Assembly: GCF_000143415.4 (NCBI RefSeq)
Contig: NW_003314392.1
Span: 96,390 to 160,389, forward strand
Direction of reading: 5' to 3'
Length of the DNA stretch: 64,000 bases
Source: Selaginella moellendorffii
Taxonomy: Eukaryota; Plantae; Lycopodiophyta
Translations under genes and position numbers: made by a program
The notes under the pieces: generated by a model
Databases searched by the model: none
What the model saw: only the letters and a program-made list of their open reading frames with translations
What the model was told of the DNA's origin: nothing
Shown: piece by piece, positions 1 to 12,366 of the stretch
Layout of the letters: every line of letters starts with the position of its first letter
How positions within the stretch are numbered: position 1 is the stretch's first letter

Positions 1-953
1 GTCTGGATATGGGTTTTGCGCGAGTGGGCAAGATCCATGGCTCGGTTTGCGGTGGGACTTGAACCGTTGGAAAGCTTGCGTGAGTCCACCCTGTTTCCAC
101 AGAAACGGATCTGGATTTCGTCGCTCCACCGGCCCGCACCATTGCGATGGGTTTGACGCTGGGTTTTCGAGCGAGTGGGCAACATCCATGGCTCGGTTTG
201 CGGTGGGACTTGAACCGTTGGAAAGCTTGCGTGAGTCCACCCGTTTCCACAGAAACGGATCCCGATTTCGTTGCTCCACCGTCCCACACCATTGCAATGG
301 GTTTTGTGCTGTTCCCGTTGCCATATCTCGTGGACCGTGGGCCCCCTTTCGCCCTTGGGCACATGGGAGCAACTGGGGCGGTGCGCGCAACTGGCCCATG
401 TGGCCAAGTACATTTTTCCATGTCCTGGGCGCCTGCTTTTGTGGTTTTTCCCACGGAAGAAGATGCGTCCCACGTGGCGATCCGTGTGCCCGCCCGCACT
501 CCGGCACCAACGGGGCCGGCCGGCGTGACGCCCCGGTCGCGGCCGTGCCAACGGATCGCGGGCCCCATGCGTGGGCTGCCGCCGGGAGTGCATCTCACTC
601 TCGAGGAAAACACCGCACTGGCGCTCGGGCCTGCACTGGAACGCGACCCCAGGAGCGCCGTGGCGAAGCCCGCGTCGAGGGCATCGATCCGAATTGGCTG
701 GGCCCCCCATGCCATGCTGGCACCGTGCGTGCCTTGTCGAAAACGGCACACCCTTGCGACCGCTGGGCGAAAGGGGCAAACCCCGAGAGGTCCTTGCACC
801 TCCTGTCACTGGGGAGGGTGCCCCCCCACGAACACGAACCCAACGGCGCCAGTCCCACGCGAAACGCACGCACGGTTCGCGAGAAAACGGCCCCCAACGC
901 CCGCATTCTCCATTATTCCGAGAGAATATTCCCTCCACTACTTAAATTGTGCC

Positions 954-958
954 AAAAA
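954..958 (-). terminator. Pol III oligo-T terminator (T5), repeated in every unit
   Basis: TTTTT immediately follows the 3' strand of the terminal stem. There is no T4 run inside the predicted RNA. Confidence 0.65.
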
Positions 959-1053
959 GAGGTGGCTCCGGGTGGGTCTCGACCCAGGGACCTATTTGAG
1001 TGGACTTGTTTTTAGATTGGGGGTCTCTGCCACTAGGCCTCTACCACCTCTCC
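954..1053 (-). ncRNA. Candidate Pol III small RNA gene (~92-95 nt, vault-RNA-like architecture), copy 1
   Basis: Minus strand reads (GGA)GAGGTGGTAGAGGCCTAGTGGCAGAGACCCCCAATCTAAAAACAAGTCCACTCAAATAGGTCCCTGGGTCGAGACCCACCCGGAGCCACCTC-TTTTT. It shows box A-like AGGCCTAGTGG (1030-1040), box B-like GGGTCGAGACC (975-985), terminal stem GAGGTGG/CCACCTC and a T5 terminator (954-958). An AT-rich box lies ~20-33 nt upstream. Confidence 0.75.
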
Positions 1054-1072
1054 GTTACATATTTCGTGTCGG

Positions 1073-1083
1073 TTAAATTTATT
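1073..1083 (-). promoter_or_regulatory. TATA-like box upstream of the candidate Pol III gene (repeated in every unit)
   Basis: AATAAATTTAA on the minus strand at about -23 to -33 from the stem start, a rare AT island in a GC-rich unit. Plant Pol III genes commonly carry a TATA-like element here. Confidence 0.5.
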
Positions 1084-1261
1084 GGGTTTGTGGGGGAGGG
1101 GGTTTAACTAGCAAAGGGCGATTATGGGGAGCGCTTAGTGCGATTAAGTGGGGCTTAAGTTGGGGCAATCGCGGCCGTCGGTGCGGTGGGGTGGTTGACC
1201 GGCGGCGATGAGTTTGACCGGCGGTCCCCGTGACACGTGGCTAGGGCTAGGGTCTGGATAT

Positions 1262-1556
1262 GGGTTTTGCGCGAGTGGGCAAGATCCATGGCTCGGTTTG
1301 CGGTGGGACTTGAACCGTTGGAAAGCTTGCGTGAGTCCACCCGTTTCCACAGAAACGGATCTGGATTTCGTCGCTCCACCGGCCCGCACCATTGCGATGG
1401 GTTTGACGCTGGGTTTTCGAGCGAGTGGGCAACATCCATGGCTCGGTTTGCGGTGGGACTTGAACCGTTGGAAAGCTTGCGTGAGTCCACCCGTTTCCAC
1501 AGAAACGGATCCCGATTTCGTTGCTCCACCGTCCCACACCATTGCAATGGGTTTTG
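1262..1556. repeat. Two ~150-bp subrepeats inside each array unit
   Basis: cgagtgggcaa(g/c)atccatggctcggtttgcggtgggacttgaaccgttggaaagc...accattgc(g/a)atgggttt occurs twice, 150 bp apart. Confidence 0.95.
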
Positions 1557-2202
1557 TGCTGTTCCCGTTGCCATATCTCGTGGACCGTGGGCCCCCTTTC
1601 GCCCTTGGGCACATGGGAGCAACTGGGGCGGTGCGCGCAACTGGCCCATGTGGCCAAGTACATTTTTCCATGTCCTGGGCGCCTGCTTTTGTGGTTTTTC
1701 CCACGGAAGAAGATGCGTCCCACGTGGCGATCCGTGTGCCCGCCCGCACTCCGGCACCAACGGGGCCGGCCGGCGTGACGCCCCGGTCGCGGCCGTGCCA
1801 ACGGATCGCGGGCCCCATGCGTGGGCTGCCGCCGGGAGTGCATCTCACTCTCGAGGAAAACACCGCACTGGCGCTCGGGCCTGGACTGGAACGCGACCCC
1901 AGGAGCGCCGTGGCGAAGCCCGCGTCGAGGGCATCGATCCGAATTGGCTGGGCCCCCCATGCCATGCTGGCACCGTGCGTGCCTTGTCGAAAACGGCACA
2001 CCCTTGCGACCGCTGGGCGAAAGGGGCAAACCCCGAGAGGTCCTTGCACCTCCTGTCACTGGGGAGGGTGCCCCCCACGAACACGAACCCAACGGCGCCA
2101 GTCCCACGCGAAACGCACGCACGGTTCGCGAGAAAACGGCCCCCAACGCCCGCATTCTCCATTATTCCGAGAGAATATTCCCTCCACTACTTAAATTGTG
2201 CC

Positions 2203-2302
2203 AAAAAGAGGTGGCTCCGGGTGGGTCTCGACCCAGGGACCTATTTGAGTGGACTTGTTTTTAGATTGGGGGTCTCTGCCACTAGGCCTCTACCACCTCT
2301 CC
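2203..2302 (-). ncRNA. Candidate Pol III small RNA gene, copy 2
   Basis: Same sequence as copy 1. Confidence 0.75.
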
Positions 2303-3450
2303 GTTACATATTTCGTGTCGGTTAAATTTATTGGGTTTGTGGGGGAGGGGGTTTAACTAGCAAAGGGCGATTATGGGGAGCGCTTAGTGCGATTAAGTGG
2401 GGCTTAAGTTGGGGCAATCGCGGCCGTCGGTGCGGTGGGGTGGTTGACCGGCGGCGATGAGTTTGACCGGCGGTCCCCGTGACACGTGGCTAGGGCTAGG
2501 GTCTGGATATGGGTTTTGCGCGAGTGGGCAAGATCCATGGCTCGGTTTGCGGTGGGACTTGAACCGTTGGAAAGCTTGCGTGAGTCCACCCGTTTCCACA
2601 GAAACGGATCTGGATTTCGTCGCTCCACCGGCCCGCACCATTGCGATGGGTTTGACGCTGGGTTTTCGAGCGAGTGGGCAACATCCATGGCTCGGTTTGC
2701 GGTGGGACTTGAACCGTTGGAAAGCTTGCGTGAGTCCACCCGTTTCCACAGAAACGGATCCCGATTTCGTTGCTCCACCGTCCCACACCATTGCAATGGG
2801 TTTTGTGCTGTTCCCGTTGCCATATCTCGTGGACCGTGGGCCCCCTTTCGCCCTTGGGCACATGGGAGCAACTGGGGCGGTGCGCGCAACTGGCCCATGT
2901 GGCCAAGTACATTTTTCCATGTCCTGTGCGCCTGCTTTTGTGGTTTTTCCCACGGAAGAAGATGCGTCCCACGTGGCGATCCGTGTGCCCGCCCGCACTC
3001 CGGCACCAACGGGGCCGGCCGGCGTGACGCCCCGGTCGCGGCCGTGCCAACGGATCGCGGGCCCCATGCGTGGGCTGCCGCCGGGAGTGCATCTCACTCT
3101 CGAGGAAACACCGCACTGGCGCTCGGGCCTGCACTGGAACGCGACCCCAGGAGCGCCGTGGCGAAGCCCGCGTCGAGGGCATCGATCCGAATTGGCTGGG
3201 CCCCCCATGCCATGCTGGCACCGTGCGTGCCTTGTCGAAAACGGCACACCCTTGCGACCGCTGGGCGAAAGGGGCAAACCCCGAGAGGTCCTTGCACCTC
3301 CTGTCACTGGGGAGGGTGCCCCCCACGAACACGAACCCAACGGCGCCAGTCCCACGCGAAACGCACGCACGGTTCGCGAGAAAACGGCCCCCAACGCCCG
3401 CATTCTCCATTATTCCGAGAGAATATTCCCTCCACTACTTAAATTGTGCC

Positions 3451-3550
3451 AAAAAGAGGTGGCTCCGGGTGGGTCTCGACCCAGGGACCTATTTGAGTGG
3501 ACTTGTTTTTAGATTGGGGGTCTCTGCCACTAGGCCTCTACCACCTCTCC
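3451..3550 (-). ncRNA. Candidate Pol III small RNA gene, copy 3
   Basis: Same sequence as copy 1. Confidence 0.75.
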
Positions 3551-4699
3551 GTTACATATTTCGTGTCGGTTAAATTTATTGGGTTTGTGGGGGAGGGGGT
3601 TTAACTAGCAAAGGGCGATTATGGGGAGCGCTTAGTGCGATTAAGTGGGGCTTAAGTTGGGGCAATCGCGGCCGTCGGTGCGGTGGGGTGGTTGACCGGC
3701 GGCGATGAGTTTGACCGGCGGTCCCCGTGACACGTGGCTAGGGCTAGGGTCTGGATATGGGTTTTGCGCGAGTGGGCAAGATCCATGGCTCGGTTTGCGG
3801 TGGGACTTGAACCGTTGGAAAGCTTGCGTGAGTCCACCCGTTTCCACAGAAACGGATCTGGATTTCGTCGCTCCACCGGCCCGCACCATTGCGATGGGTT
3901 TGACGCTGGGTTTTCGAGCGAGTGGGCAACATCCATGGCTCGGTTTGCGGTGGGACTTGAACCGTTGGAAAGCTTGCGTGAGTCCACCCGTTTCCACAGA
4001 AACGGATCCCGATTTCGTTGCTCCACCGTCCCACACCATTGCAATGGGTTTTGTGCTGTTCCCGTTGCCATATCTCGTGGACCGTGGGCCCCCTTTCGCC
4101 CTTGGGCACATGGGAGCAACTGGGGCGGTGCGCGCAACTGGCCCATGTGGCCAAGTACATTTTTCCATGTCCTGGGCGCCTGCTTTTGTGGTTTTTCCCA
4201 CGGAAGAAGATGCGTCCCACGTGGCGATCCGTGTGCCCGCCCGCACTCCGGCACCAACGGGGCCGGCCGGCGTGACGCCCCGGTCGCGGCCGTGCCAACG
4301 GATCGCGGGCCCCATGCGTGGGCTGCCGCCGGGAGTGCATCTCACTCTCGAGGAAAACACCGCACTGGCGCTCGGGCCTGCACTGGAACGCGACCCCAGG
4401 AGCGCCGTGGCGAAGCCCGCGTCGAGGGCATCGATCCGAATTGGCTGGGCCCCCCATGCCATGCTGGCACCGTGCGTGCCTTGTCGAAAACGGCACACCC
4501 TTGCGACCGCTGGGCGAAAGGGGCAAACCCCGAGAGGTCCTTGCACCTCCTGTCACTGGGGAGGGTGCCCCCCACGAACACGAACCCAACGGCGCCAGTC
4601 CCACGCGAAACGCACGCACGGTTCGCGAGAAAACGGCCCCCAACGCCCGCATTCTCCATTATTCCGAGAGAATATTCCCTCCACTACTTAAATTGTGCC

Positions 4700-4799
4700 A
4701 AAAAGAGGTGGCTCCGGGTGGGTCTCGACCCAGGGACCTATTTGAGTGGACTTGTTTTTAGATTGGGGGTCTCTGCCACTAGGCCTCTACCACCTCTCC
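4700..4799 (-). ncRNA. Candidate Pol III small RNA gene, copy 4
   Basis: Same sequence as copy 1. Confidence 0.75.
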
Positions 4800-5948
4800 G
4801 TTACATATTTCGTGTCGGTTAAATTTATTGGGTTTGTGGGGGAGGGGGTTTAACTAGCAAAGGGCGATTATGGGGAGCGCTTAGTGCGATTAAGTGGGGC
4901 TTAAGTTGGGGCAATCGCGGCCGTCGGTGCGGTGGGGTGGTTGACCGGCGGCGATGAGTTTGACCGGCGGTCCCCGTGACACGTGGCTAGGGCTAGGGTC
5001 TGGATATGGGTTTTGCGCGAGTGGGCAAGATCCATGGCTCGGTTTGCGGTGGGACTTGAACCGTTGGAAAGCTTGCGTGAGTCCACCCGTTTCCACAGAA
5101 ACGGATCTGGATTTCGTCGCTCCACCGGCCCGCACCATTGCGATGGGTTTGACGCTGGGTTTTCGAGCGAGTGGGCAACATCCATGGCTCGGTTTGCGGT
5201 GGGACTTGAACCGTTGGAAAGCTTGCGTGAGTCCACCCGTTTCCACAGAAACGGATCCCGATTTCGTTGCTCCACCGTCCCACACCATTGCAATGGGTTT
5301 TGTGCTGTTCCCGTTGCCATATCTCGTGGACCGTGGGCCCCCTTTCGCCCTTGGGCACATGGGAGCAACTGGGGCGGTGCGCGCAACTGGCCCATGTGGC
5401 CAAGTACATTTTTCCATGTCCTGGGCGCCTGCTTTTGTGGTTTTTCCCACGGAAGAAGATGCGTCCCACGTGGCGATCCGTGTGCCCGCCCGCACTCCGG
5501 CACCAACGGGGCCGGCCGGCGTGACGCCCCGGTCGCGGCCGTGCCAACGGATCGCGGGCCCCATGCGTGGGCTGCCGCCGGGAGTGCATCTCACTCTCGA
5601 GGAAAACACCGCACTGGCGCTCGGGCCTGCACTGGAACGCGACCCCAGGAGCGCCGTGGCGAAGCCCGCGTCGAGGGCATCGATCCGAATTGGCTGGGCC
5701 CCCCATGCCATGCTGGCACCGTGCGTGCCTTGTCGAAAACGGCACACCCTTGCGACCGCTGGGCGAAAGGGGCAAACCCCGAGAGGTCCTTGCACCTCCT
5801 GTCACTGGGGAGGGTGCCCCCCACGAACACGAACCCAACGGCGCCAGTCCCACGCGAAACGCACGCACGGTTCGCGAGAAAACGGCCCCCAACGCCCGCA
5901 TTCTCCATTATTCCGAGAGAATATTCCCTCCACTACTTAAATTGTGCC

Positions 5949-6027
5949 AAAAAGAAGGTGGCTCCGGGTGGGTCTCGACCCAGGGACCTATTTGAGTGGA
6001 CTTGTTTTTAGATTGGGGGTCTCTGCC
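5949..6027 (-). ncRNA. Candidate Pol III small RNA gene, copy 5 (cut by assembly gap)
   Basis: Matches copy 1 up to the N run, with one extra A next to the terminator. Confidence 0.6.
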
Positions 6028-6127
6028 NNNNNNNNNNNNNNNNNNNNNNNNNNNNNNNNNNNNNNNNNNNNNNNNNNNNNNNNNNNNNNNNNNNNNNNNN
6101 NNNNNNNNNNNNNNNNNNNNNNNNNNN
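6028..6127. other. Assembly gap (100 N)
   Basis: Exactly 100 N, with array sequence on both sides. Confidence 0.99.
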
Positions 6128-7270
6128 TATTTCGTGTCGGTTAAATTTATTGGGTTTGTGGGGGAGGGGGTTTAACTAGCAAAGGGCGATTATGGGGAGC
6201 GCTTAGTGCGATTAAGTGGGGCTTAAGTTGGGGCAATCGCGGCCGTCGGTGCGGTGGGGTGGTTGACCGGCGGCGATGAGTTTGACCGGCGGTCCCCGTG
6301 ACACGTGGCTAGGGCTAGGGTCTGGATATGGGTTTTGCGCGAGTGGGCAAGATCCATGGCTCGGTTTGCGGTGGGACTTGAACCGTTGGAAAGCTTGCGT
6401 GAGTCCACCCGTTTCCACAGAAACGGATCTGGATTTCGTCGCTCCACCGGCCCGCACCATTGCGATGGGTTTGACGCTGGGTTTTCGAGCGAGTGGGCAA
6501 CATCCATGGCTCGGTTTGCGGTGGGACTTGAACCGTTGGAAAGCTTGCGTGAGTCCACCCGTTTCCACAGAAACGGATCCCGATTTCGTTGCTCCACCGT
6601 CCCACACCATTGCAATGGGTTTTGTGCTGTTCCCGTTGCCATATCTCGTGGACCGTGGGCCCCCTTTCGCCCTTGGGCACATGGGAGCAACTGGGGCGGT
6701 GCGCGCAACTGGCCCATGTGGCCAAGTACATTTTTCCATGTCCTGGGCGCCTGCTTTTGTGGTTTTTCCCACGGAAGAAGATGCGTCCCACGTGGCGATC
6801 CGTGTGCCCGCCCGCACTCCGGCACCAACGGGGCCGGCCGGCGTGACGCCCCGGTCGCGGCCGTGCCAACGGATCGCGGGCCCCATGCGTGGGCTGCCGC
6901 CGGGAGTGCATCTCACTCTCGAGGAAAACACCGCACTGGCGCTCGGGCCTGCACTGGAACGCGACCCCAGGAGCGCCGTGGCGAAGCCCGCGTCGAGGGC
7001 ATCGATCCGAATTGGCTGGGCCCCCCATGCCATGCTGGCACCGTGCGTGCCTTGTCGAAAACGGCACACCCTTGCGACCGCTGGGCGAAAGGGGCAAACC
7101 CCGAGAGGTCCTTGCACCTCCTGTCACTGGGGAGGGTGCCCCCCACGAACACGAACCCAACGGCGCCAGTCCCACGCGAAACGCACGCACGGTTCGCGAG
7201 AAAACGGCCCCCAACGCCCGCATTCTCCATTATTCCGAGAGAATATTCCCTCCACTACTTAAATTGTGCC

Positions 7271-7370
7271 AAAAAGAGGTGGCTCCGGGTGGGTCTCGAC
7301 CCAGGGACCTATTTGAGTGGACTTGTTTTTAGATTGGGGGTCTCTGCCACTAGGCCTCTACCACCTCTCC
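7271..7370 (-). ncRNA. Candidate Pol III small RNA gene, copy 6
   Basis: Same sequence as copy 1. Confidence 0.75.
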
Positions 7371-8519
7371 GTTACATATTTCGTGTCGGTTAAATTTATT
7401 GGGTTTGTGGGGGAGGGGGTTTAACTAGCAAAGGGCGATTATGGGGAGCGCTTAGTGCGATTAAGTGGGGCTTAAGTTGGGGCAATCGCGGCCGTCGGTG
7501 CGGTGGGGTGGTTGACCGGCGGCGATGAGTTTGACCGGCGGTCCCCGTGACACGTGGCTAGGGCTAGGGTCTGGATATGGGTTTTGCGCGAGTGGGCAAG
7601 ATCCATGGCTCGGTTTGCGGTGGGACTTGAACCGTTGGAAAGCTTGCGTGAGTCCACCCGTTTCCACAGAAACGGATCTGGATTTCGTCGCTCCACCGGC
7701 CCGCACCATTGCGATGGGTTTGACGCTGGGTTTTCGAGCGAGTGGGCAACATCCATGGCTCGGTTTGCGGTGGGACTTGAACCGTTGGAAAGCTTGCGTG
7801 AGTCCACCCGTTTCCACAGAAACGGATCCCGATTTCGTTGCTCCACCGTCCCACACCATTGCAATGGGTTTTGTGCTGTTCCCGTTGCCATATCTCGTGG
7901 ACCGTGGGCCCCCTTTCGCCCTTGGGCACATGGGAGCAACTGGGGCGGTGCGCGCAACTGGCCCATGTGGCCAAGTACATTTTTCCATGTCCTGGGCGCC
8001 TGCTTTTGTGGTTTTTCCCACGGAAGAAGATGCGTCCCACGTGGCGATCCGTGTGCCCGCCCGCACTCCGGCACCAACGGGGCCGGCCGGCGTGACGCCC
8101 CGGTCGCGGCCGTGCCAACGGATCGCGGGCCCCATGCGTGGGCTGCCGCCGGGAGTGCATCTCACTCTCGAGGAAAACACCGCACTGGCGCTCGGGCCTG
8201 CACTGGAACGCGACCCCAGGAGCGCCGTGGCGAAGCCCGCGTCGAGGGCATCGATCCGAATTGGCTGGGCCCCCCATGCCATGCTGGCACCGTGCGTGCC
8301 TTGTCGAAAACGGCACACCCTTGCGACCGCTGGGCGAAAGGGGCAAACCCCGAGAGGTCCTTGCACCTCCTGTCACTGGGGAGGGTGCCCCCCACGAACA
8401 CGAACCCAACGGCGCCAGTCCCACGCGAAACGCACGCACGGTTCGCGAGAAAACGGCCCCCAACGCCCGCATTCTCCATTATTCCGAGAGAATATTCCCT
8501 CCACTACTTAAATTGTGCC

Positions 8520-8619
8520 AAAAAGAGGTGGCTCCGGGTGGGTCTCGACCCAGGGACCTATTTGAGTGGACTTGTTTTTAGATTGGGGGTCTCTGCCACT
8601 AGGCCTCTACCACCTCTCC
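8520..8619 (-). ncRNA. Candidate Pol III small RNA gene, copy 7
   Basis: Same sequence as copy 1. Confidence 0.75.
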
Positions 8620-9768
8620 GTTACATATTTCGTGTCGGTTAAATTTATTGGGTTTGTGGGGGAGGGGGTTTAACTAGCAAAGGGCGATTATGGGGAGCGC
8701 TTAGTGCGATTAAGTGGGGCTTAAGTTGGGGCAATCGCGGCCGTCGGTGCGGTGGGGTGGTTGACCGGCGGCGATGAGTTTGACCGGCGGTCCCCGTGAC
8801 ACGTGGCTAGGGCTAGGGTCTGGATATGGGTTTTGCGCGAGTGGGCAAGATCCATGGCTCGGTTTGCGGTGGGACTTGAACCGTTGGAAAGCTTGCGTGA
8901 GTCCACCCGTTTCCACAGAAACGGATCTGGATTTCGTCGCTCCACCGGCCCGCACCATTGCGATGGGTTTGACGCTGGGTTTTCGAGCGAGTGGGCAACA
9001 TCCATGGCTCGGTTTGCGGTGGGACTTGAACCGTTGGAAAGCTTGCGTGAGTCCACCCGTTTCCACAGAAACGGATCCCGATTTCGTTGCTCCACCGTCC
9101 CACACCATTGCAATGGGTTTTGTGCTGTTCCCGTTGCCATATCTCGTGGACCGTGGGCCCCCTTTCGCCCTTGGGCACATGGGAGCAACTGGGGCGGTGC
9201 GCGCAACTGGCCCATGTGGCCAAGTACATTTTTCCATGTCCTGGGCGCCTGCTTTTGTGGTTTTTCCCACGGAAGAAGATGCGTCCCACGTGGCGATCCG
9301 TGTGCCCGCCCGCACTCCGGCACCAACGGGGCCGGCCGGCGTGACGCCCCGGTCGCGGCCGTGCCAACGGATCGCGGGCCCCATGCGTGGGCTGCCGCCG
9401 GGAGTGCATCTCACTCTCGAGGAAAACACCGCACTGGCGCTCGGGCCTGCACTGGAACGCGACCCCAGGAGCGCCGTGGCGAAGCCCGCGTCGAGGGCAT
9501 CGATCCGAATTGGCTGGGCCCCCCATGCCATGCTGGCACCGTGCGTGCCTTGTCGAAAACGGCACACCCTTGCGACCGCTGGGCGAAAGGGGCAAACCCC
9601 GAGAGGTCCTTGCACCTCCTGTCACTGGGGAGGGTGCCCCCCACGAACACGAACCCAACGGCGCCAGTCCCACGCGAAACGCACGCACGGTTCGCGAGAA
9701 AACGGCCCCCAACGCCCGCATTCTCCATTATTCCGAGAGAATATTCCCTCCACTACTTAAATTGTGCC

Positions 9769-9868
9769 AAAAAGAGGTGGCTCCGGGTGGGTCTCGACCC
9801 AGGGACCTATTTGAGTGGACTTGTTTTTAGATTGGGGGTCTCTGCCACTAGGCCTCTACCACCTCTCC
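9769..9868 (-). ncRNA. Candidate Pol III small RNA gene, copy 8
   Basis: Same sequence as copy 1. Confidence 0.75.
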
Positions 9869-11017
9869 GTTACATATTTCGTGTCGGTTAAATTTATTGG
9901 GTTTGTGGGGGAGGGGGTTTAACTAGCAAAGGGCGATTATGGGGAGCGCTTAGTGCGATTAAGTGGGGCTTAAGTTGGGGCAATCGCGGCCGTCGGTGCG
10001 GTGGGGTGGTTGACCGGCGGCGATGAGTTTGACCGGCGGTCCCCGTGACACGTGGCTAGGGCTAGGGTCTGGATATGGGTTTTGCGCGAGTGGGCAAGAT
10101 CCATGGCTCGGTTTGCGGTGGGACTTGAACCGTTGGAAAGCTTGCGTGAGTCCACCCGTTTCCACAGAAACGGATCTGGATTTCGTCGCTCCACCGGCCC
10201 GCACCATTGCGATGGGTTTGACGCTGGGTTTTCGAGCGAGTGGGCAACATCCATGGCTCGGTTTGCGGTGGGACTTGAACCGTTGGAAAGCTTGCGTGAG
10301 TCCACCCGTTTCCACAGAAACGGATCCCGATTTCGTTGCTCCACCGTCCCACACCATTGCAATGGGTTTTGTGCTGTTCCCGTTGCCATATCTCGTGGAC
10401 CGTGGGCCCCCTTTCGCCCTTGGGCACATGGGAGCAACTGGGGCGGTGCGCGCAACTGGCCCATGTGGCCAAGTACATTTTTCCATGTCCTGGGCGCCTG
10501 CTTTTGTGGTTTTTCCCACGGAAGAAGATGCGTCCCACGTGGCGATCCGTGTGCCCGCCCGCACTCCGGCACCAACGGGGCCGGCCGGCGTGACGCCCCG
10601 GTCGCGGCCGTGCCAACGGATCGCGGGCCCCATGCGTGGGCTGCCGCCGGGAGTGCATCTCACTCTCGAGGAAAACACCGCACTGGCGCTCGGGCCTGCA
10701 CTGGAACGCGACCCCAGGAGCGCCGTGGCGAAGCCCGCGTCGAGGGCATCGATCCGAATTGGCTGGGCCCCCCATGCCATGCTGGCACCGTGCGTGCCTT
10801 GTCGAAAACGGCACACCCTTGCGACCGCTGGGCGAAAGGGGCAAACCCCGAGAGGTCCTTGCACCTCCTGTCACTGGGGAGGGTGCCCCCCACGAACACG
10901 AACCCAACGGCGCCAGTCCCACGCGAAACGCACGCACGGTTCGCGAGAAAACGGCCCCCAACGCCCGCATTCTCCATTATTCCGAGAGAATATTCCCTCC
11001 ACTACTTAAATTGTGCC

Positions 11018-11117
11018 AAAAAGAGGTGGCTCCGGGTGGGTCTCGACCCAGGGACCTATTTGAGTGGACTTGTTTTTAGATTGGGGGTCTCTGCCACTAG
11101 GCCTCTACCACCTCTCC
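11018..11117 (-). ncRNA. Candidate Pol III small RNA gene, copy 9
   Basis: Same sequence as copy 1. Confidence 0.75.
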
Positions 11118-12266
11118 GTTACATATTTCGTGTCGGTTAAATTTATTGGGTTTGTGGGGGAGGGGGTTTAACTAGCAAAGGGCGATTATGGGGAGCGCTT
11201 AGTGCGATTAAGTGGGGCTTAAGTTGGGGCAATCGCGGCCGTCGGTGCGGTGGGGTGGTTGACCGGCGGCGATGAGTTTGACCGGCGGTCCCCGTGACAC
11301 GTGGCTAGGGCTAGGGTCTGGATATGGGTTTTGCGCGAGTGGGCAAGATCCATGGCTCGGTTTGCGGTGGGACTTGAACCGTTGGAAAGCTTGCGTGAGT
11401 CCACCCGTTTCCACAGAAACGGATCTGGATTTCGTCGCTCCACCGGCCCGCACCATTGCGATGGGTTTGACGCTGGGTTTTCGAGCGAGTGGGCAACATC
11501 CATGGCTCGGTTTGCGGTGGGACTTGAACCGTTGGAAAGCTTGCGTGAGTCCACCCGTTTCCACAGAAACGGATCCCGATTTCGTTGCTCCACCGTCCCA
11601 CACCATTGCAATGGGTTTTGTGCTGTTCCCGTTGCCATATCTCGTGGACCGTGGGCCCCCTTTCGCCCTTGGGCACATGGGAGCAACTGGGGCGGTGCGC
11701 GCAACTGGCCCATGTGGCCAAGTACATTTTTCCATGTCCTGGGCGCCTGCTTTTGTGGTTTTTCCCACGGAAGAAGATGCGTCCCACGTGGCGATCCGTG
11801 TGCCCGCCCGCACTCCGGCACCAACGGGGCCGGCCGGCGTGACGCCCCGGTCGCGGCCGTGCCAACGGATCGCGGGCCCCATGCGTGGGCTGCCGCCGGG
11901 AGTGCATCTCACTCTCGAGGAAAACACCGCACTGGCGCTCGGGCCTGCACTGGAACGCGACCCCAGGAGCGCCGTGGCGAAGCCCGCGTCGAGGGCATCG
12001 ATCCGAATTGGCTGGGCCCCCCATGCCATGCTGGCACCGTGCGTGCCTTGTCGAAAACGGCACACCCTTGCGACCGCTGGGCGAAAGGGGCAAACCCCGA
12101 GAGGTCCTTGCACCTCCTGTCACTGGGGAGGGTGCCCCCCACGAACACGAACCCAACGGCGCCAGTCCCACGCGAAACGCACGCACGGTTCGCGAGAAAA
12201 CGGCCCCCAACGCCCGCATTCTCCATTATTCCGAGAGAATATTCCCTCCACTACTTAAATTGTGCC

Positions 12267-12366
12267 AAAAAGAGGTGGCTCCGGGTGGGTCTCGACCCAG
12301 GGACCTATTTGAGTGGACTTGTTTTTAGATTGGGGGTCTCTGCCACTAGGCCTCTACCACCTCTCC
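12267..12366 (-). ncRNA. Candidate Pol III small RNA gene, copy 10
   Basis: Same sequence as copy 1. Confidence 0.75.

Noticed and set aside
945-962. Sm-binding site (CUUUUUGG) implying an snRNA or SL RNA
   Set aside because: It lacks the preceding purine-A and a downstream stem-loop; its position right after the terminal stem fits a Pol III terminator better.
959-1050. Canonical or suppressor tRNA (TCTAAA could suggest a CUA anticodon)
   Set aside because: No anticodon stem flanks TCTAAA, the T-arm lacks a 5-bp stem/7-nt TTCRA loop, and the terminal stem is out of register with boxes A and B for a cloverleaf.
1-1249. 5S rDNA, U1/U2/U6 snRNA or 45S rDNA spacer array
   Set aside because: I found none of the hallmark sequences (5S GATCCCATCAGAACTCC, U1 ATACTTACCTG, U2 GTGTAGTATCTG, U6 ACAGAGAAGATTAGC), and no rRNA coding sequence is adjacent.
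1241-1252. Telomerase-RNA template or telomeric seed (ctagggctaggg)
   Set aside because: Only two degenerate units, not matching the TTTAGGG seen elsewhere, and outside the predicted transcript.
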